DNA of 63,785 nt, filler included, from Reticulomyxa filosa (lineage: Eukaryota; Protista; Foraminifera), in the NCBI GenBank assembly GCA_000512085.1. It is 13 parts of 13 records of this genome, joined end to end, with 100 filler letters (N's around TTAATTAATTAA, not from the genome) between each part and the next. Parts side by side here need not be neighbours in the genome. Positions count along the whole stretch, not along the records: positions 47,998 to 50,573 come from ASPP01017471.1; positions 50,674 to 52,484 come from ASPP01009635.1; positions 52,585 to 54,805 come from ASPP01014622.1; positions 54,906 to 57,909 come from ASPP01024272.1; positions 58,010 to 60,665 come from ASPP01029297.1; positions 60,766 to 62,685 come from ASPP01008952.1; positions 62,786 to 63,785 come from ASPP01045667.1; 6 more parts are not named here. The stretch is one strand, 5' to 3'. Under the pieces are notes generated by a model. That model saw nothing but the letters and a program-made list of their open reading frames with translations, ran no database searches and was not told where the DNA came from. The translations under genes were made by a program, and so were the position numbers. Shown here one piece after another: positions 50,218 through 63,718 of this stretch; the first letter of the stretch is position 1, and every line of letters begins with the position of its first letter.

Positions 50218-51210
50218 TAGAGTTAGTAAAGTTTGCAATATCATTATAATTTTAAACATATATTAATTTGTTCATATTTAAATGGTAAAAATATTTATTC
50301 TTGTGATATACAAAATGACAAACAATTACAATTATTTAATAGACACAATTGTGTCAATATTATTGAATTATCATCATTGAATTGATGTCTATCCTAATAA
50401 TAAATGATAATACTGTCATATTCATTAGCATCTTCATTGACGTTAAAATCGTACACTTTCTTAAGGTGGACATTTTGCTTTGTGTATATATGTATATGTT
50501 TTTAAAAATATTTTATATCTGGATTCATTTTTTTTACTTAAACTTTATGTATCCTCAATTTTACTTTTATTTANNNNNNNNNNNNNNNNNNNNNNNNNNN
50601 NNNNNNNNNNNNNNNNNTTAATTAATTAANNNNNNNNNNNNNNNNNNNNNNNNNNNNNNNNNNNNNNNNNNNNTTTTTTTTTTTTTTAATATAAAAAAAA
50701 AGTTGCACCCAGTGTTGGAAAGTGTTTTTGAAAAGAAAGTCGATTTTCGAGTCTGTTGTTGGAAAAAAAAAAAAAAAACATCCAAAACAAAAAAAAAAAA
50801 TCCCTTCAGTTTCTGTGGAAAACATTACAGAGAAGGGAGAAAAAAAAAAGGGTAAGATTGAAAAGATAATCTTATTTGTTTACTGTGTTGACTTTTGCTG
50901 GTAAATCACACAAGCTTTGAAAATGTGAGAAAAATATATGAGCATGTATAGGGTGGAAGAGAGAGAAAGGAGGGAAAAAAAATAGAGCCAGTAGTTGAAA
51001 TTTCATTTGTATATTTAGTCAAACACAGTCCTGTTTTCAAAACATTGTTTCTAGCAATCGTTTTTTTATATATATGTATATATATCGGACAGTATTATAT
51101 CCAAAAGATAATTAGTTAGAAAAAAAGTACTCCTCCTTCCTGACACACACGCACATAATACACCCAGCGCATTACAGATGCAAGAAAACAAGAGAGGGAG
51201 GGGAGGAGGA

Positions 51211-52384
51211 TTATGGAGAGGCAAGTTTCCACTTTTGATGATTGATAAAAGAAGAGAAGATTTGACTTTGAAAAAGCACAGCGAGGAGCAAGGAAAGAAA
51301 AGCGAAAGGCAAAGGACGCAGTTGTTTGGAGAAGAAAGGACAAACAAAAATGCAAATGACAAAAGAGGAGAGGACGGCAATGAGAATCAAAGAGAGAGAA
51401 ACGAGTTGTAGTTGGACAGCTCCGGTCATGAGCCCATAGAACATGAAGTCGGAGGCACGAACGCGAAGACCGTAGACTTCGTAAAAAATGCGCGGCGTGG
51501 TATTGACGAAGAGCACATCAGTAGGGAATAAAAAGGGAGTGAAGACAGCTCCAAAGCCTGCGCGAACCATAGCCACGACATCGATGGCGACCATGAGGAA
51601 GACAAAGAAGATGACATACCAACCGGAGGTGGAGGCGATGATGATGGACATGACAGTGTTTAAGAAGACAGAGAACATGCGATGGACGACGCCGGGGACG
51701 GGACAATAGAAGGTGACAGTGCCAATGACTCCAAAGTTCCATGTCAGAATCAAGTACGAGATCAGATCGGTGGTCCAATTGTAGTTGTAGCATAAGATGA
51801 ATCCCAAAATGAGAGCCCCGATAAGCAGAATGAGGAAGATGTCGGCCATGAGACAGAAGCGGAACACACGTTGACATTGGCGTTGACAACGATAGCCAAT
51901 GCAAATGATAACGATCACGGCGAGGAAGGCGGCCAGAGCGTAGAATAGATATGGAGTGTCATTGGACGTAGATGTGGGTTGATTGGGCAGATAAATCGTT
52001 GTCGTGCTTGTATCGGCGTTTTGTACGAGAGTGCCATACCTTTGCAATTGCGCGGTGAAAAATATGGTGGCGAGCATTACAAACAGCACTGGCCAAAATA
52101 TATTGCAAAATTGCGACCACGCCGATATCGTTAGAAACACATACTCTTGACCCTCGGCCCCATCGAGCAGCGGTCCTTCGTCGGCCAAGATCTCAATCTC
52201 GTTGCATTCTGTACCTTCGTCGTATACCACGATGGCTCTGGTTTTGTTGGCATCGTACGCCTTCTGCAAGCACTGCTTCACATTTGAAGTTACATTGCTA
52301 ACATGTGCTTCGTTTGTTTGCCAAAACTTGTAAAATGAGTATGGTTTTGTAAGTGCGTACATTTCTATTTTTTTCTCTTCATTG

Positions 52385-52424
<40 letters not shown>

Positions 52425-52484
52425 CACTATCATTACTATTATTATCAGGCTCTTTTTTTTCTTCCTCCTCAACTTCCTCTTCCT
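51211..52484 (-). CDS. Presenilin-like (A22) multi-pass membrane protein with degenerate motifs (5' partial)
   Basis: About nine hydrophobic segments; FWPVLFVML, TWNFGVIG, VAIDVVAM (YD position), VRASDFMFYG (GLGDFxFY position), LRPLPF (PALP position). Confidence 0.72.
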
Positions 52485-52584
52485 NNNNNNNNNNNNNNNN
52501 NNNNNNNNNNNNNNNNNNNNNNNNNNNNTTAATTAATTAANNNNNNNNNNNNNNNNNNNNNNNNNNNNNNNNNNNNNNNNNNNN

Positions 52585-54766
52585 TGTCGCTCTTCATAAT
52601 AAACATGATCAGGACGCTTCGCGGCGGTGACGATGGACGAGGAAGACAGGCCAGTGGTTGGAAACCACAGCCATCCACAGTATCTGCCCAGACTCATTCT
52701 CGCAAAGTCGATCATTGACCACATGAAGGCAAAGACTCGTCTGCCAACAGTCGCGTGTCTTTTTCACACTGCTCGATCTGTTGATTCCACTGCGACCAAG
52801 CTTGGTGTCGGTCTCGGTATTGTGTGGGGTAGTTTTTTTAATGTACTCTTCCCTCTCCGTATACTGCTTCCACGTCACATGTGCCGTCGCTGCTTTCATT
52901 CGCGCTTTTGTTTCCTTTTTCTCGGCATCGCCTTTTTTTTTTTTTTCATTTTTAAGTATTATTTTATCAATTATTAATTGTTATTAAAGATGTGATTGTG
53001 TTTGTTTGTAAATAAAATTTTTTTTTAAAAAAAAAAAAAATTACTGACCATTGGCACGATCAGGCTTCGTTCTTATTCCCAATTTTTGATTGCGTATTTC
53101 GGCCATGTCAACCACGCTTCCCGTGCTTCCTTTTTTTCTGCGCTTGGATTGGTTGCCGCGTTTGTGAGTGGCGGAACGTTTCAAATGCTTGGCGCCGTGT
53201 TTGTGATCGTTGTCCTGGTCGTCGTTGTCGTCGTTGTCGTCGTGATCTTCGTTGATGCTGTTGCACTCGTACAAATGTGCATCGAGTTGCTGGTCTTCGC
53301 TAATGGTGTGATTGCGTTGATGAACGGGAGGGTCTGATTCGTGTCCGCTATCGGATTGGTTGAGGTCATCTGCATCAGGGCTATCTGGAAGTGGGATCTT
53401 CAGAGCGTCGTCGTCATTGCCACTTTGTTTCACAATGTGTGCCGGTGTTTCCGCTTTGGAAAACCCCAATTCCGTCAGTTTACGAATGCGAGGATTATGA
53501 ATCGTGCTAATGTCGATCTTCAAGTGAATCGGTGGTCGTGACTTTTCATTTTTATATTATTATTATTATTATTATTATTATTATCATTGTTATTTGACAG
53601 AACAAAAAGTGGAGGGGGGGGGGGGGAGGGAGGGAAAAAAAACACCAGATTTTCAGAGTCAGATTGATTATTAAAAAAATAAACAAACATACATGCTGCT
53701 TGCCGAGACGTGAAGAAGACAAAGGCATTTCAGTTTGTGCAGAGACCTGAGGGTTTTTTTTCGACTTGGAAAGCGACCCGGTTTCGCTGAGATGCTGGAA
53801 GGGGGATAAGGAAGCGGAGATGTCAGAGGCTCGTGTGGTCGGATTTGGATTAGAATACGAATAGGAGTACGTATTTGAGTTTGTGTTGGTGGACTTGGAG
53901 TTTTTTCTCCGCGACTCTTCTTTGTTCAGTGCGGAGGTGGAGGCTGGATATTGTGTGACAATGATAGAACTTTGACCGGAAAGCAGTGAGGACATATGAT
54001 CGTTATGGCCATAATGGGAACGTGCGTGTGACTCTGGTGCCGACGACGAAGCAGAAGAAGCAATAGAGACAATAGAAGTGGTATCGACGTGATTATTTGC
54101 AGGCCGATTCAAATGGACTCCAGTCGGATTGGAATTGGAATTAAGATTGGGATTGGGATTGAGATTGAAATTGAGATTGGGATTGGGATTGGGACTGGAA
54201 TTAGAATTAAAATTAGAATTGAGATTAGTAGTTTGTTTGGTGTTGATGGTGCGTAACAGCGTGGCTTTTTCTTCCTCCAACCTCCGCACCAATTGGGCGT
54301 GCAATCGTCGTGAAATACATGCCTCAAAAATTTGTCGCAGCTTTTCCAAAGAACAATGTGCGATGCGATCTTCCACACCCAAGTGGACCAAGCCCACCAA
54401 TCCTCCGAGGGAGTCCATAATGTCTTGCGACAGCTGCATGTTCATGTACTGCTTCCAATCCTCCACCGTGCACAAACCTTCCATCTCCTCGTGGCTGCGT
54501 GACGACTCAAGTCCAGGGCACACGCGCCCATACCCTTGCAACAACTGCTCATCCTTGTCGGCGCATGGGTCGGTCAGCTCGATGCTCTTGATGCATTCCC
54601 AACCTCTTCCAACACGGTCTTTTCGCTGCAGATGGGAGTGTACATGTGCAGGTTGGGTCCATTGCCATTGACGAACGACGACACGCTCCCATGAATGGCC
54701 ATGTCCACATCCGCCATCGACAGTGTCGTACTTGTGTGATTGGTATATCGAGTTGTGTGAAATGCA

Positions 54767-54770
<4 letters not shown>
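52585..54770 (-). CDS. Multi-exon, low-complexity hypothetical protein (partial at both ends)
   Basis: Co-oriented ORFs 53552-54544, 53041-53523 and 52609-52899 separated by intron-like tracts. Confidence 0.5.
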
Positions 54771-54805
<35 letters not shown>

Positions 54806-57120
54806 NNNNNNNNNNNNNNNNNNNNNNNNNNNNNNNNNNNNNNNNNNNNTTAATTAATTAANNNNNNNNNNNNNNNNNNNNNNNNNNNNNNNNNNNNNNN
54901 NNNNNCAAGGGAAATGCAACAAGCATAATTACACTTTAGATAAAAATATAGTATATTGAAGAAATTTGTAATGAACATTCAAATATATAATATATAATGA
55001 TGAAAATTGAAATGAAAATAGATGAAAATATTGATTGATATGCAGATGCAATGAAAATGACAACTAACAAGATTGTTGTGAATTAACATTTTCGTTTTTA
55101 AAGTGTACAACAATCAGAAGATCAATTCTAGACTAAAAATAAATATTTTAGTTTAGAGGAAAATAAAAAGTACATTGAATTAAAAGGTTAATAAAACATT
55201 CAAAAGTGTACGTAGTTGATAATTTTGAAAATGAAATAAATTATAAAGTATCAATCTGAAAAATCAAAAAATTACATATTTCTATAGTATAAATATAAGA
55301 TATAGCTAATATAAATTTTCAGAAAATTATCTTTTTTCATTATGGAGATATTTGCATTTAAGTAAAAAAACGAATGAAAATTCACAATATATCAACTTTT
55401 TGACCGCTGCTGTAATTAATTTGTCTGAATAAAAAAGAACTTCCATGAATTGTCTTCGTTATGTTTGATTTGGAGTTATAAAACAATTTATTTGAATATG
55501 ATGTATTTTTGCAATCTTTGCTAAAAAAGGGCATGCTGAAAATTTAATCGATATAATAATTTAATTAGTAATTAAATTATTTAACATTATAATTAGTTAA
55601 TTGAAAAAAAAAGAACTAAACAGGATCCGAGATCACGTAATATCATAATATACATATCAATATTATAACTATTGTAAAAATACAAATTAAACAATATTTA
55701 CAATTGTAATTGTATGACAATAAAATATTACATACAACAATGATAAACTAAATTTAGAAAAAATGAAGATGTCGCATATAGACAGCCGTTATCTACAAGC
55801 ATAAAAGTCGACCATATCATAAGGATTGCAATGCATCACATAATCGAATGAGTGCTGCAAATACTCGAATAAATACAGTAAAATGCAAATTAAAGTTGAC
55901 ATATAAAACTTCACCTTATAGAAATGACTGATTTTCTTCATGAAAAAACAACATTTAAATATCTACAAATATTGTATTTTTAAATATCATTTTGGTTTTT
56001 TATTAAATCTTTACTAATTATTTCAATATTTTATCCTTTATTTTTTTTTCTCAATGTAGTTCGATATTTTAGTTTATTAATTTTTTTTTGAAAAAGGCTA
56101 AATGAGTTTAGAATTTTAACAAAAGACTTGCTGTTGATCTGTTGAGCATTGCTAGAGTTGTGCAAAATTGCAAAAAAACTTCGTATAAGTCATAATGTGT
56201 GCGTAAATGGAAGCTGACGTTCAATCATAAAAACATCAAAAGTTAGTATTGTAATCATATCTTGTTGTCTTGCTTTGTAGTGTTATGACCTGTTTACGAA
56301 TGTAACATTAACTGATGTGTCAATGCGGATATTTACAAAGAAATCTTATGTAATAAAATGCTCAAAAAGCATTAATTAGTGTTTTATAATATAATAAAGA
56401 TTGTATATTTCAGCAAGATAATGCTATCAGCATCATTAGAAAACGTTGCATGAGCAAGATAACACCATTACCATCATTAGTAATAAACTCAGCAATCAAT
56501 CAGCATCAAATCAAAAAAAAAAGTTAAAATCAACTATTTGTTTAACGTTACGCGTTCGTAATATCAAAACTTTACTTATTTCAAAACAAAAAAAAAGAAA
56601 GAAAAACATCTTCTTTAACTTGACTGTGATATCGACTTACATCAATTGCAGTAACTTGAACACGAACGACAGTATCAGTTTTTTGAAAAAAAGGGATGAA
56701 AAGTTCACTCTTCAATTATTTACTGGTAATGTCTTGAATTGCACAATGTGCTAAAATACTGAAGGATTATAAAAACTTTCAAAAATATTTTTGAATTAAT
56801 GCAGCAATGATTTTTTAGTGACATTATGAATAATCTGCTTTAATCACTTTAAATGTGAAAAAGGATATCAAAAATGTGTGAAATTGCTTTGCTCGTGTTT
56901 GTATGTCAGCAAGAATTTTATGACACTACATGGCTACATCAATATCGTCAAATGTCTTCATTTTTTAAAAAAACAAAATCATATTGATGAAAAAAGGCCA
57001 TTTTTCAAAAAAAAAGTGACACACAAAACAAAACAAGAAAATATTTCACACATATGGATGTTATCATTTCTGAGGATTATAATTTTTTTTTTTGCATTAT
57101 CGTATATGGTCAAGTTCTTG

Positions 57121-57909
57121 TTATTCCATTTGGAAAATGTGCATACTTTGATCTTTGGACCGACAATAATAAGGATCTTTTCCATACGGATAGACTTTCC
57201 CACTGATTGCAACAAAGGTTGTATCATCCAACCACTTGGCATCTCGCACAGTACAATAGGAAACCTGTGGTCATCAAAAGAAGAAGAAAAAAAAAAAAAA
57301 ATAGCCTGAGAAAGGAGTAGAAGAGAATCAAATATGAAAATAACTTTGCAATCCACATCATTTCTGGGCAACAAATAAACGGTTCCGCCAGTGAAAAACT
57401 TTAGATCTAGACCATCAAAATCGATTGCTCCAATGTACAAAGCACTATCTTTCTTGCTGACAACAGCAAGGTTGTATTGATTCAAGAATCCAGTATATAG
57501 CAAAGAGAGTCCATTGAAACCACTGAAGAAGATTTCTTGCGGCATGTGGAAATCCATGACAAATGGATACTGGCACATTTTGACAGGTCCATTGTCGGTA
57601 GTAAGAACAAAGTAGTTTTTTTGAAGTTCAAACAACACGACACGGCCATGTCCTTTTTCAGTACTTTTCACATCGGAGCTCGATGCGCAATAATTGTGCT
57701 CACACAAAGCTAACAAATAGGTTTTTTTGTGCAAGTTATCTCGCACAATCTCAAATGACACAAATCCGTTGCTGTCTGCAGGCAGCGCATAGTTTAATAT
57801 GCATGCCTCTGCATTTAAAGGCGCATACTTATAGTCCTTGTTCCTCGTCTCCATTTCACTCAAATTCACCGTTTGCACGATTGTGCGCAGACTCCTGTCT
57901 TTCCCAAAT
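57121..57909 (-). CDS. Uncharacterised beta-propeller-like protein (5' partial; intron 57265-57344)
   Basis: YLLALCEHNYC..GHGRVVLF..LAVVSKKDSALYIG..YLLPRNDVDCK|VSYCTVRDAKWLD..CRSKDQSMHIF; splicing restores the frame. Confidence 0.6.
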
Positions 57910-59809
57910 NNNNNNNNNNNNNNNNNNNNNNNNNNNNNNNNNNNNNNNNNNNNTTAATTAATTAANNNNNNNNNNNNNNNNNNNNNNNNNNNNNNNNNNN
58001 NNNNNNNNNAATCAATTAGAAAAACACAAGTCAACACGAAAGCGGCACAATCTGGCAAGCTTTCATCAAGAAGACGAACAAGATTCATATGTCAATAATT
58101 TGATTGCAAACGCAATGCAAATCTTTAGAACAACATTATGTCAATATTTTTATTGTCTATTTCCGTCATAATCAAATTACAATGTTTTTATCTTCGATGA
58201 AAAAAAATTCAAATCATAAATTGTTTTATTTTTTGATAATGTTTTTTTTTTTGATTCAAAAAAAGATAATTGGTTGTTAGCCAATTGTCCAAATCATCAA
58301 ATGCTAACATACTTATTTGAAATAATCAACTCGTACAAATCTACATGTGTGTAAATAACTGGTAATGTGAATATTCAATGTTTTTGAACGAGTACCAAAA
58401 GATGTGACTTTGAAATCGATCGAATATCAAAAGTGGAGTAACAAAATGGAAGATATTTTCTATTGTCAACAGTCCAACGCTTCATTTGTTGACAATGATT
58501 TTCACAAATAAGTCGATTGCTTGCAAAAAGTCTGAACATAATTTCAATCATTCGCAAATGTTGCAAACGGCGTTGGGCAAATGCGTTTACGCCATTGATA
58601 AGAGACGATTGACAACTGCAAATGGCTTTTACAAACAGTCTTGTATTCTGTCATTTTATTAAAGTAATTTTTCTAATTTTTATAAAATTCGATCATCATT
58701 TATACGTAAATCGAACAAAATTTATTCGTCTGTGTATTACCATAGACAAACAAACGAAAAGTACCCAAAATTACAGAGTATTCAACAAGTCTGAATGACA
58801 AAAAAAAGCAATTTCCATTGTCTAACGCTCGTTCGTGCACGTGATAGCATGCTCGATTTTATTCAAATATGGTTCATCCCAATCATTTACAATGCAAAAC
58901 TGCGTATCACGGAATGAACGCACTGTTCAAATATAATCGCCATTTGTTAAGGCATTCGTCCAATACAACTGTCGACTGCGTTGTGTGCTATTTGCAATCT
59001 TTTTGTCTGTGCTTTGCGTTAGCTTCTCTAGCAAATTAAACTTTGATGCAAATATGTACAGATTATAGCTATCCAAAAGAGAAGCTATGCCGCAGATGAA
59101 AGGCGTAAAATCTATGTCCAAAATGCACGGCAATGCTTTTTCAATCCTGGAAACTTTGATTTCAAAACTGAAATTACATCGGATCAATATCTACAGCAAG
59201 CGTTTGCCTACGCTACAAAAGTCGCCGAAAATTGTTATGACGTGTTGCTGGAATTACTCAAAACTGCATTCAAGTTTTACACTTGCTCACAGTCGGAATA
59301 CGACAAAGAGATATTGTTGCCTGCATGAATCAAATAACCCTTGAACGTTGTCTTGCAATTTGAAGTCAGGTTGTTTTTTTTTTTTACAACATTGTCCGTG
59401 TGACTATGTATGTATGATGGGAGCGCTGTTGAACTTTTCTTATTTGGCTACGCAATTGAAATAATGTAAAAGAGCCGTTTGAATATTTTTGGATGGTCAA
59501 ATGAATGCCAAAGTAAAGTGTGGACAATCTCAACAATAATCAAGCAAGCCTTTGTTTTAAAAAAAATATATAAACTCAATATTTTTGGAAAAGACTTTCG
59601 ATGTAGTGAATTTGTGTCATATTGAATAACAACAAAGAATTGGACGTAATATTTAAAAAACCAGTTTAGCAAAACTAATCCAATTTGACATAATCAATTA
59701 CTTTCATCTGCAAGTTGGGGGATAATTTCAACATTAGATCTGAAAAGTACATGAATTATTTAATTTTTTTCTTTTAAAAGAAGAGAAAAATCTACCCTAA
59801 AATGAAACA

Positions 59810-59899
59810 TTTGCAATTTTATTAAAATCTTTTTTAAAAAGGATATCTAGACATCCTGTAAAATCTAAAAATGTCTTTGGTTTTTAATAAAAATGCAAA
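59810..59899. repeat. Short fold-back (18-bp arms, 1 mismatch)
   Basis: tttgcaattttattaaaa ... ttttaataaaaatgcaaa, with an inner agacat/atgtct pair. Confidence 0.5.
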
Positions 59900-60765
59900 A
59901 ATCGTTAATGTTTTTGTTCATTTTTTGAAAATTTTAAAAAAGTTGAAGATTCGTTCTTGTATTAAAGTAAAAAACATTACACGTTTTATTTTTTTATTGT
60001 TGTTTTTCTAGGACGCTCGCTTCCAACTTTACGCTATTCAAAATTATTTTTTTTCAGTCACTTAAGTGCATTCTTAATTATAGAAATATGGCGATCATTA
60101 ATGTGGCAATTTAGTATCAAGATCAGTCTATTTTTTGCGGTCGATTGTATGTGAATAAAGCTTTTTGATTTATCTTTTTTTTTTCTTCATTAAAGCGTAA
60201 GGATTGAATGTGAACGGATTCTTCAAATATTACTTTTTCAACGTCTCTGTTTTCAGAGTGATGTAAATGGATATAAAATATGATATCATGAAGAATATAT
60301 TCGCTTTGCATACAGCCACAGCTTAGAGAGAGCTATCTTAAGATAAACTATTCCTGATACTAAAAGGATCTTTTCATCTGATTGCATTCGTTTAAGTTAT
60401 TGATTATTCATATCCTGCTTCAAGAGAAAATGTTGTTTTTGATAATGCAAACTGCTATCCTTTTATTTTGTCCAGCTTTGAGTGTTCAATACTATTCAAA
60501 AAATAATGGCAAATAGACATAAAAAAAAACAATTTAAAAAATTAGCATTGAAGAAAACGCAATACTTAAAATACTTTGAAACTTATTTTGATATTTGATA
60601 CAGGTATTATTTATTATGCCTTTCAACTCTTTAAAAACATTGAACGCAGCTTTTTCAAATTTTTTNNNNNNNNNNNNNNNNNNNNNNNNNNNNNNNNNNN
60701 NNNNNNNNNTTAATTAATTAANNNNNNNNNNNNNNNNNNNNNNNNNNNNNNNNNNNNNNNNNNNN

Positions 60766-60842
<77 letters not shown>

Positions 60843-60941
60843 CATTGTTATTACCATCATTATTTGTCATTATTTGTTATTGAAATATCCCATTTTGTTT
60901 TTTCTCCTCTCCTTCCTCATCTCTTTTTGTTTCTTCCTTTC

Positions 60942-61064
60942 TCAAACCAAACTTTTTGCAATGGAATCAATTGCAGAAAAATAGAACTGAAGATTTTGTG
61001 TAAACAGTCTCGGAGTTAATGCTGCTGTCGCCATTGTCGCTGTCTCTGTTGTCATTGTAGTACG

Positions 61065-61102
<38 letters not shown>

Positions 61103-61487
61103 GATGATGTTGTTGTTGATAGCCATTATTGCAACCTGTCTCTTCTTTGCTTGTCATTATATTGTCTTGTGTTTCCTGTCTTTTCAACTCCATCGAAGAG
61201 TGCGTCGATTTCATGTTTGGACCTGCGGCTTCCAACGTTCTCTTTGCTTCTTGCGCTGCTAAGGTGCCGCCAATGCGCTCTGTCAGGTGTTGCTGAAGAC
61301 GTGCGACAAGTGCAAGTGGAGGCGTGCTATCGTTTTTATCACATAACATTGACATCATCTTATAAAACTCTCTATTGCCCACAATGTCACGAACAAGAGC
61401 TGGATCTACTGCTTGCATTTTCTCATCCAAATTTTTTCCTATATTTTGCACAATTTTTTTTTCCCACTTCTCAAAGTGTTCTCTCAA
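60942..61487 (-). CDS. Hypothetical poly-Gln protein (partial)
   Basis: 181-aa ORF with a helical N-terminal part and a (CAA)n tract. Confidence 0.45.
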
Positions 61488-62033
61488 AACAAGTAAGCAC
61501 CTTTCGACTTGGTTTTTTACCTTTATTTCAGTTTAGTTTAGTTTTTTTTTAGTTCTCTCCTTGAAATAAAGTCGAATAAGATTAGGAAGAAACGCTACAA
61601 AGTACCAGAACAAAGTGCGAAAAAATATTAGTTTTTTTTAATTGAAGCAAACGGCCCGCTTAACTCAAAAACCAACAGACAAATCTAGAAAAATAATTTC
61701 AACTCTAGTTCCCAAAAGGCTGAGTCGAATAAAATAAATTTAAAGAGTTATTTCAAAAGAGAAATGATTTAAAAGGAACCATACCTTTCAGATTTACTAG
61801 GGATAACTCAAGATTGTTGCGAAAAACAGCAACTGAAAATCAATAAAAAAAGCAGTACTTGCTTCACAAATGCAATAATTGATATCGTGACGGTTTGAAA
61901 TACTTTTTGCCGATCGTAGCAATTTTTTGATGGAAAAAGGCGTGCTAGTGAGCCAATTGCCTCCAAGCTTATAAAATTGACAGTTTGGGATAATAAAAAG
62001 AAAAAAAAAATCGATGTAAGGATTAAGAAAAAA

Positions 62034-62560
62034 TTAGTTTTTCCAAGGTTGATTTTGGAATCCTCCCATTTCATAAAGACTGTACACTTTAAGCGATTGT
62101 GTCAATTGTGAGAGGGTAGTAGTTTGTTGAGAATAGAACAAAATGGATTTCTCTCCTGCGGTCATTAAGAAGCCATTGTTTTCAAAGAACCCATCCACTT
62201 CAGTTTCCAGCCATACAAACGCAGCAGTTGCCTTTGATCTAACGTTTTTTTGTGTTAACAAACAGGATAGGAATGGATACAGCATTGCATAATATATTTT
62301 ATACATATGTATAAATATGTATATATATATATGTATATATATAAGCTAAACGTAAAAGTAATTTGGAATTCATTATCGGTAACCAATTGAACATCAGTGA
62401 ATTGGAACTGAGGATCATTAGCAACGATGTTTTTTGGTGAGGAAATGAACATCCAGTTTTCACTGACATATTGATTTTGGTCATACACTTTCCACATCAA
62501 AACACAATCATTCCAAGAACTGCATCCTGTTTGCTGCAGCAACTATTGCATCACAATGGT
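62034..62560 (-). CDS. MANBA: Beta-mannosidase (GH2), C-terminal exons (5' partial; intron 62239-62351)
   Basis: SKATAAFVWLETEVDGFFENNGFLM..ILFY..SLKVYSLYE matches the MANBA C-terminal APFVWL..GRFSDNGFLM motif. Confidence 0.82.
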
Positions 62561-62632
62561 ATGTTTTTCCATTGTTACTTTGTGTAGTTTTAATTATATG
62601 TATATAAATATAAATATAAATATAAATATAAA

Positions 62633-62685
<53 letters not shown>

Positions 62686-62788
62686 NNNNNNNNNNNNNNN
62701 NNNNNNNNNNNNNNNNNNNNNNNNNNNNNTTAATTAATTAANNNNNNNNNNNNNNNNNNNNNNNNNNNNNNNNNNNNNNNNNNNNAAT

Positions 62789-63325
62789 TTGGGCTATTTC
62801 TTAACCTACGTCTTCTTGGCCGTCATCCACGGTTTCTTTGGCTGGATCACCATTCGCTTCGTCCCGGAGATTCCCAACTGCTATTTCGATCTTGACGATT
62901 CCGTCTCTTATTACGACCTGCGTTATCGTCATTCTTCGAAACGTCGTCCATCCCAATCCAAATCTAAATCACAATCACAATCACAATCCCAATCACAACC
63001 ACAATCACAATCACAATCACAATCTATTCTTAAAAATATTGACTCGAAAAATTTTAAATATTTGTCTCAGCGCGTACGAACGACTGTCGGCTCGTCCACT
63101 GGTCAAGAGTATCCGAGTGCCAGAGATATGCCCGCTCTGACTCGGCGTTCCTCTGCTACTACTTATAGTCTGTGGCACAGAGTCACATCTATCTTTTGGT
63201 GGTGGAATATCCATGCCAAATCCAATTCCCCAAAGTTCTCTCCCTTGCCATCATCCAAGGCAATGGTTCCTTTGGAAAGACTTACACCTACCAATAGCAA
63301 TAATAATAATATTATTAATAATAGC

Positions 63326-63356
<31 letters not shown>

Positions 63357-63718
63357 TTAATAATAATAGCAGTAATAACAATTACAAACACGAATCGAAT
63401 AGCGACAGCACTGATAACACGAATGATAATAAAGACAGCAAACGACACTTGAACGTAAGTTCTGTCAAAAATATCAATAACATCAATAACATTAATAATA
63501 TCAACAACAACAACAAGAATAATAACAACAATAGCCAACATCGAATGAATGAAGAGATAGAACTAATTAACAGAGACAATGAAAATACATCCGACAATGA
63601 AAGTAACACAGATTCCGAAGAAATGAACGAATACATGGAAGAGGAATACGAACAATTGGATTTGAAACGTCGAGAAAGACTAAAACAAATGAGAGATTCT
63701 CATTGGTACAAAGTTTAG
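62789..63718 (+). CDS. Internal exon of a membrane protein with SQ repeats and poly-Asn
   Basis: 309-aa open frame starting at the contig edge with a TM-like segment; probably ends at a GTTTAG donor. Confidence 0.55.

Noticed and set aside
56878-56960. Ankyrin-like HGYINIVKCL
   Set aside because: A single short motif with no second repeat.
58010-59400. Coding-like fragments on both strands
   Set aside because: No consistent frame or recognisable motif could be supported.
60766-60842. (ATT)n, (TA)n and homopolymer tracts at contig ends as telomeres
   Set aside because: The motifs differ between ends; they are microsatellites where assembly broke.
6630-62785. Twelve identical TTAATTAATTAA cores as a biological repeat or array
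   Set aside because: Always centred in exactly 88 Ns; a six-frame-stop contig linker.
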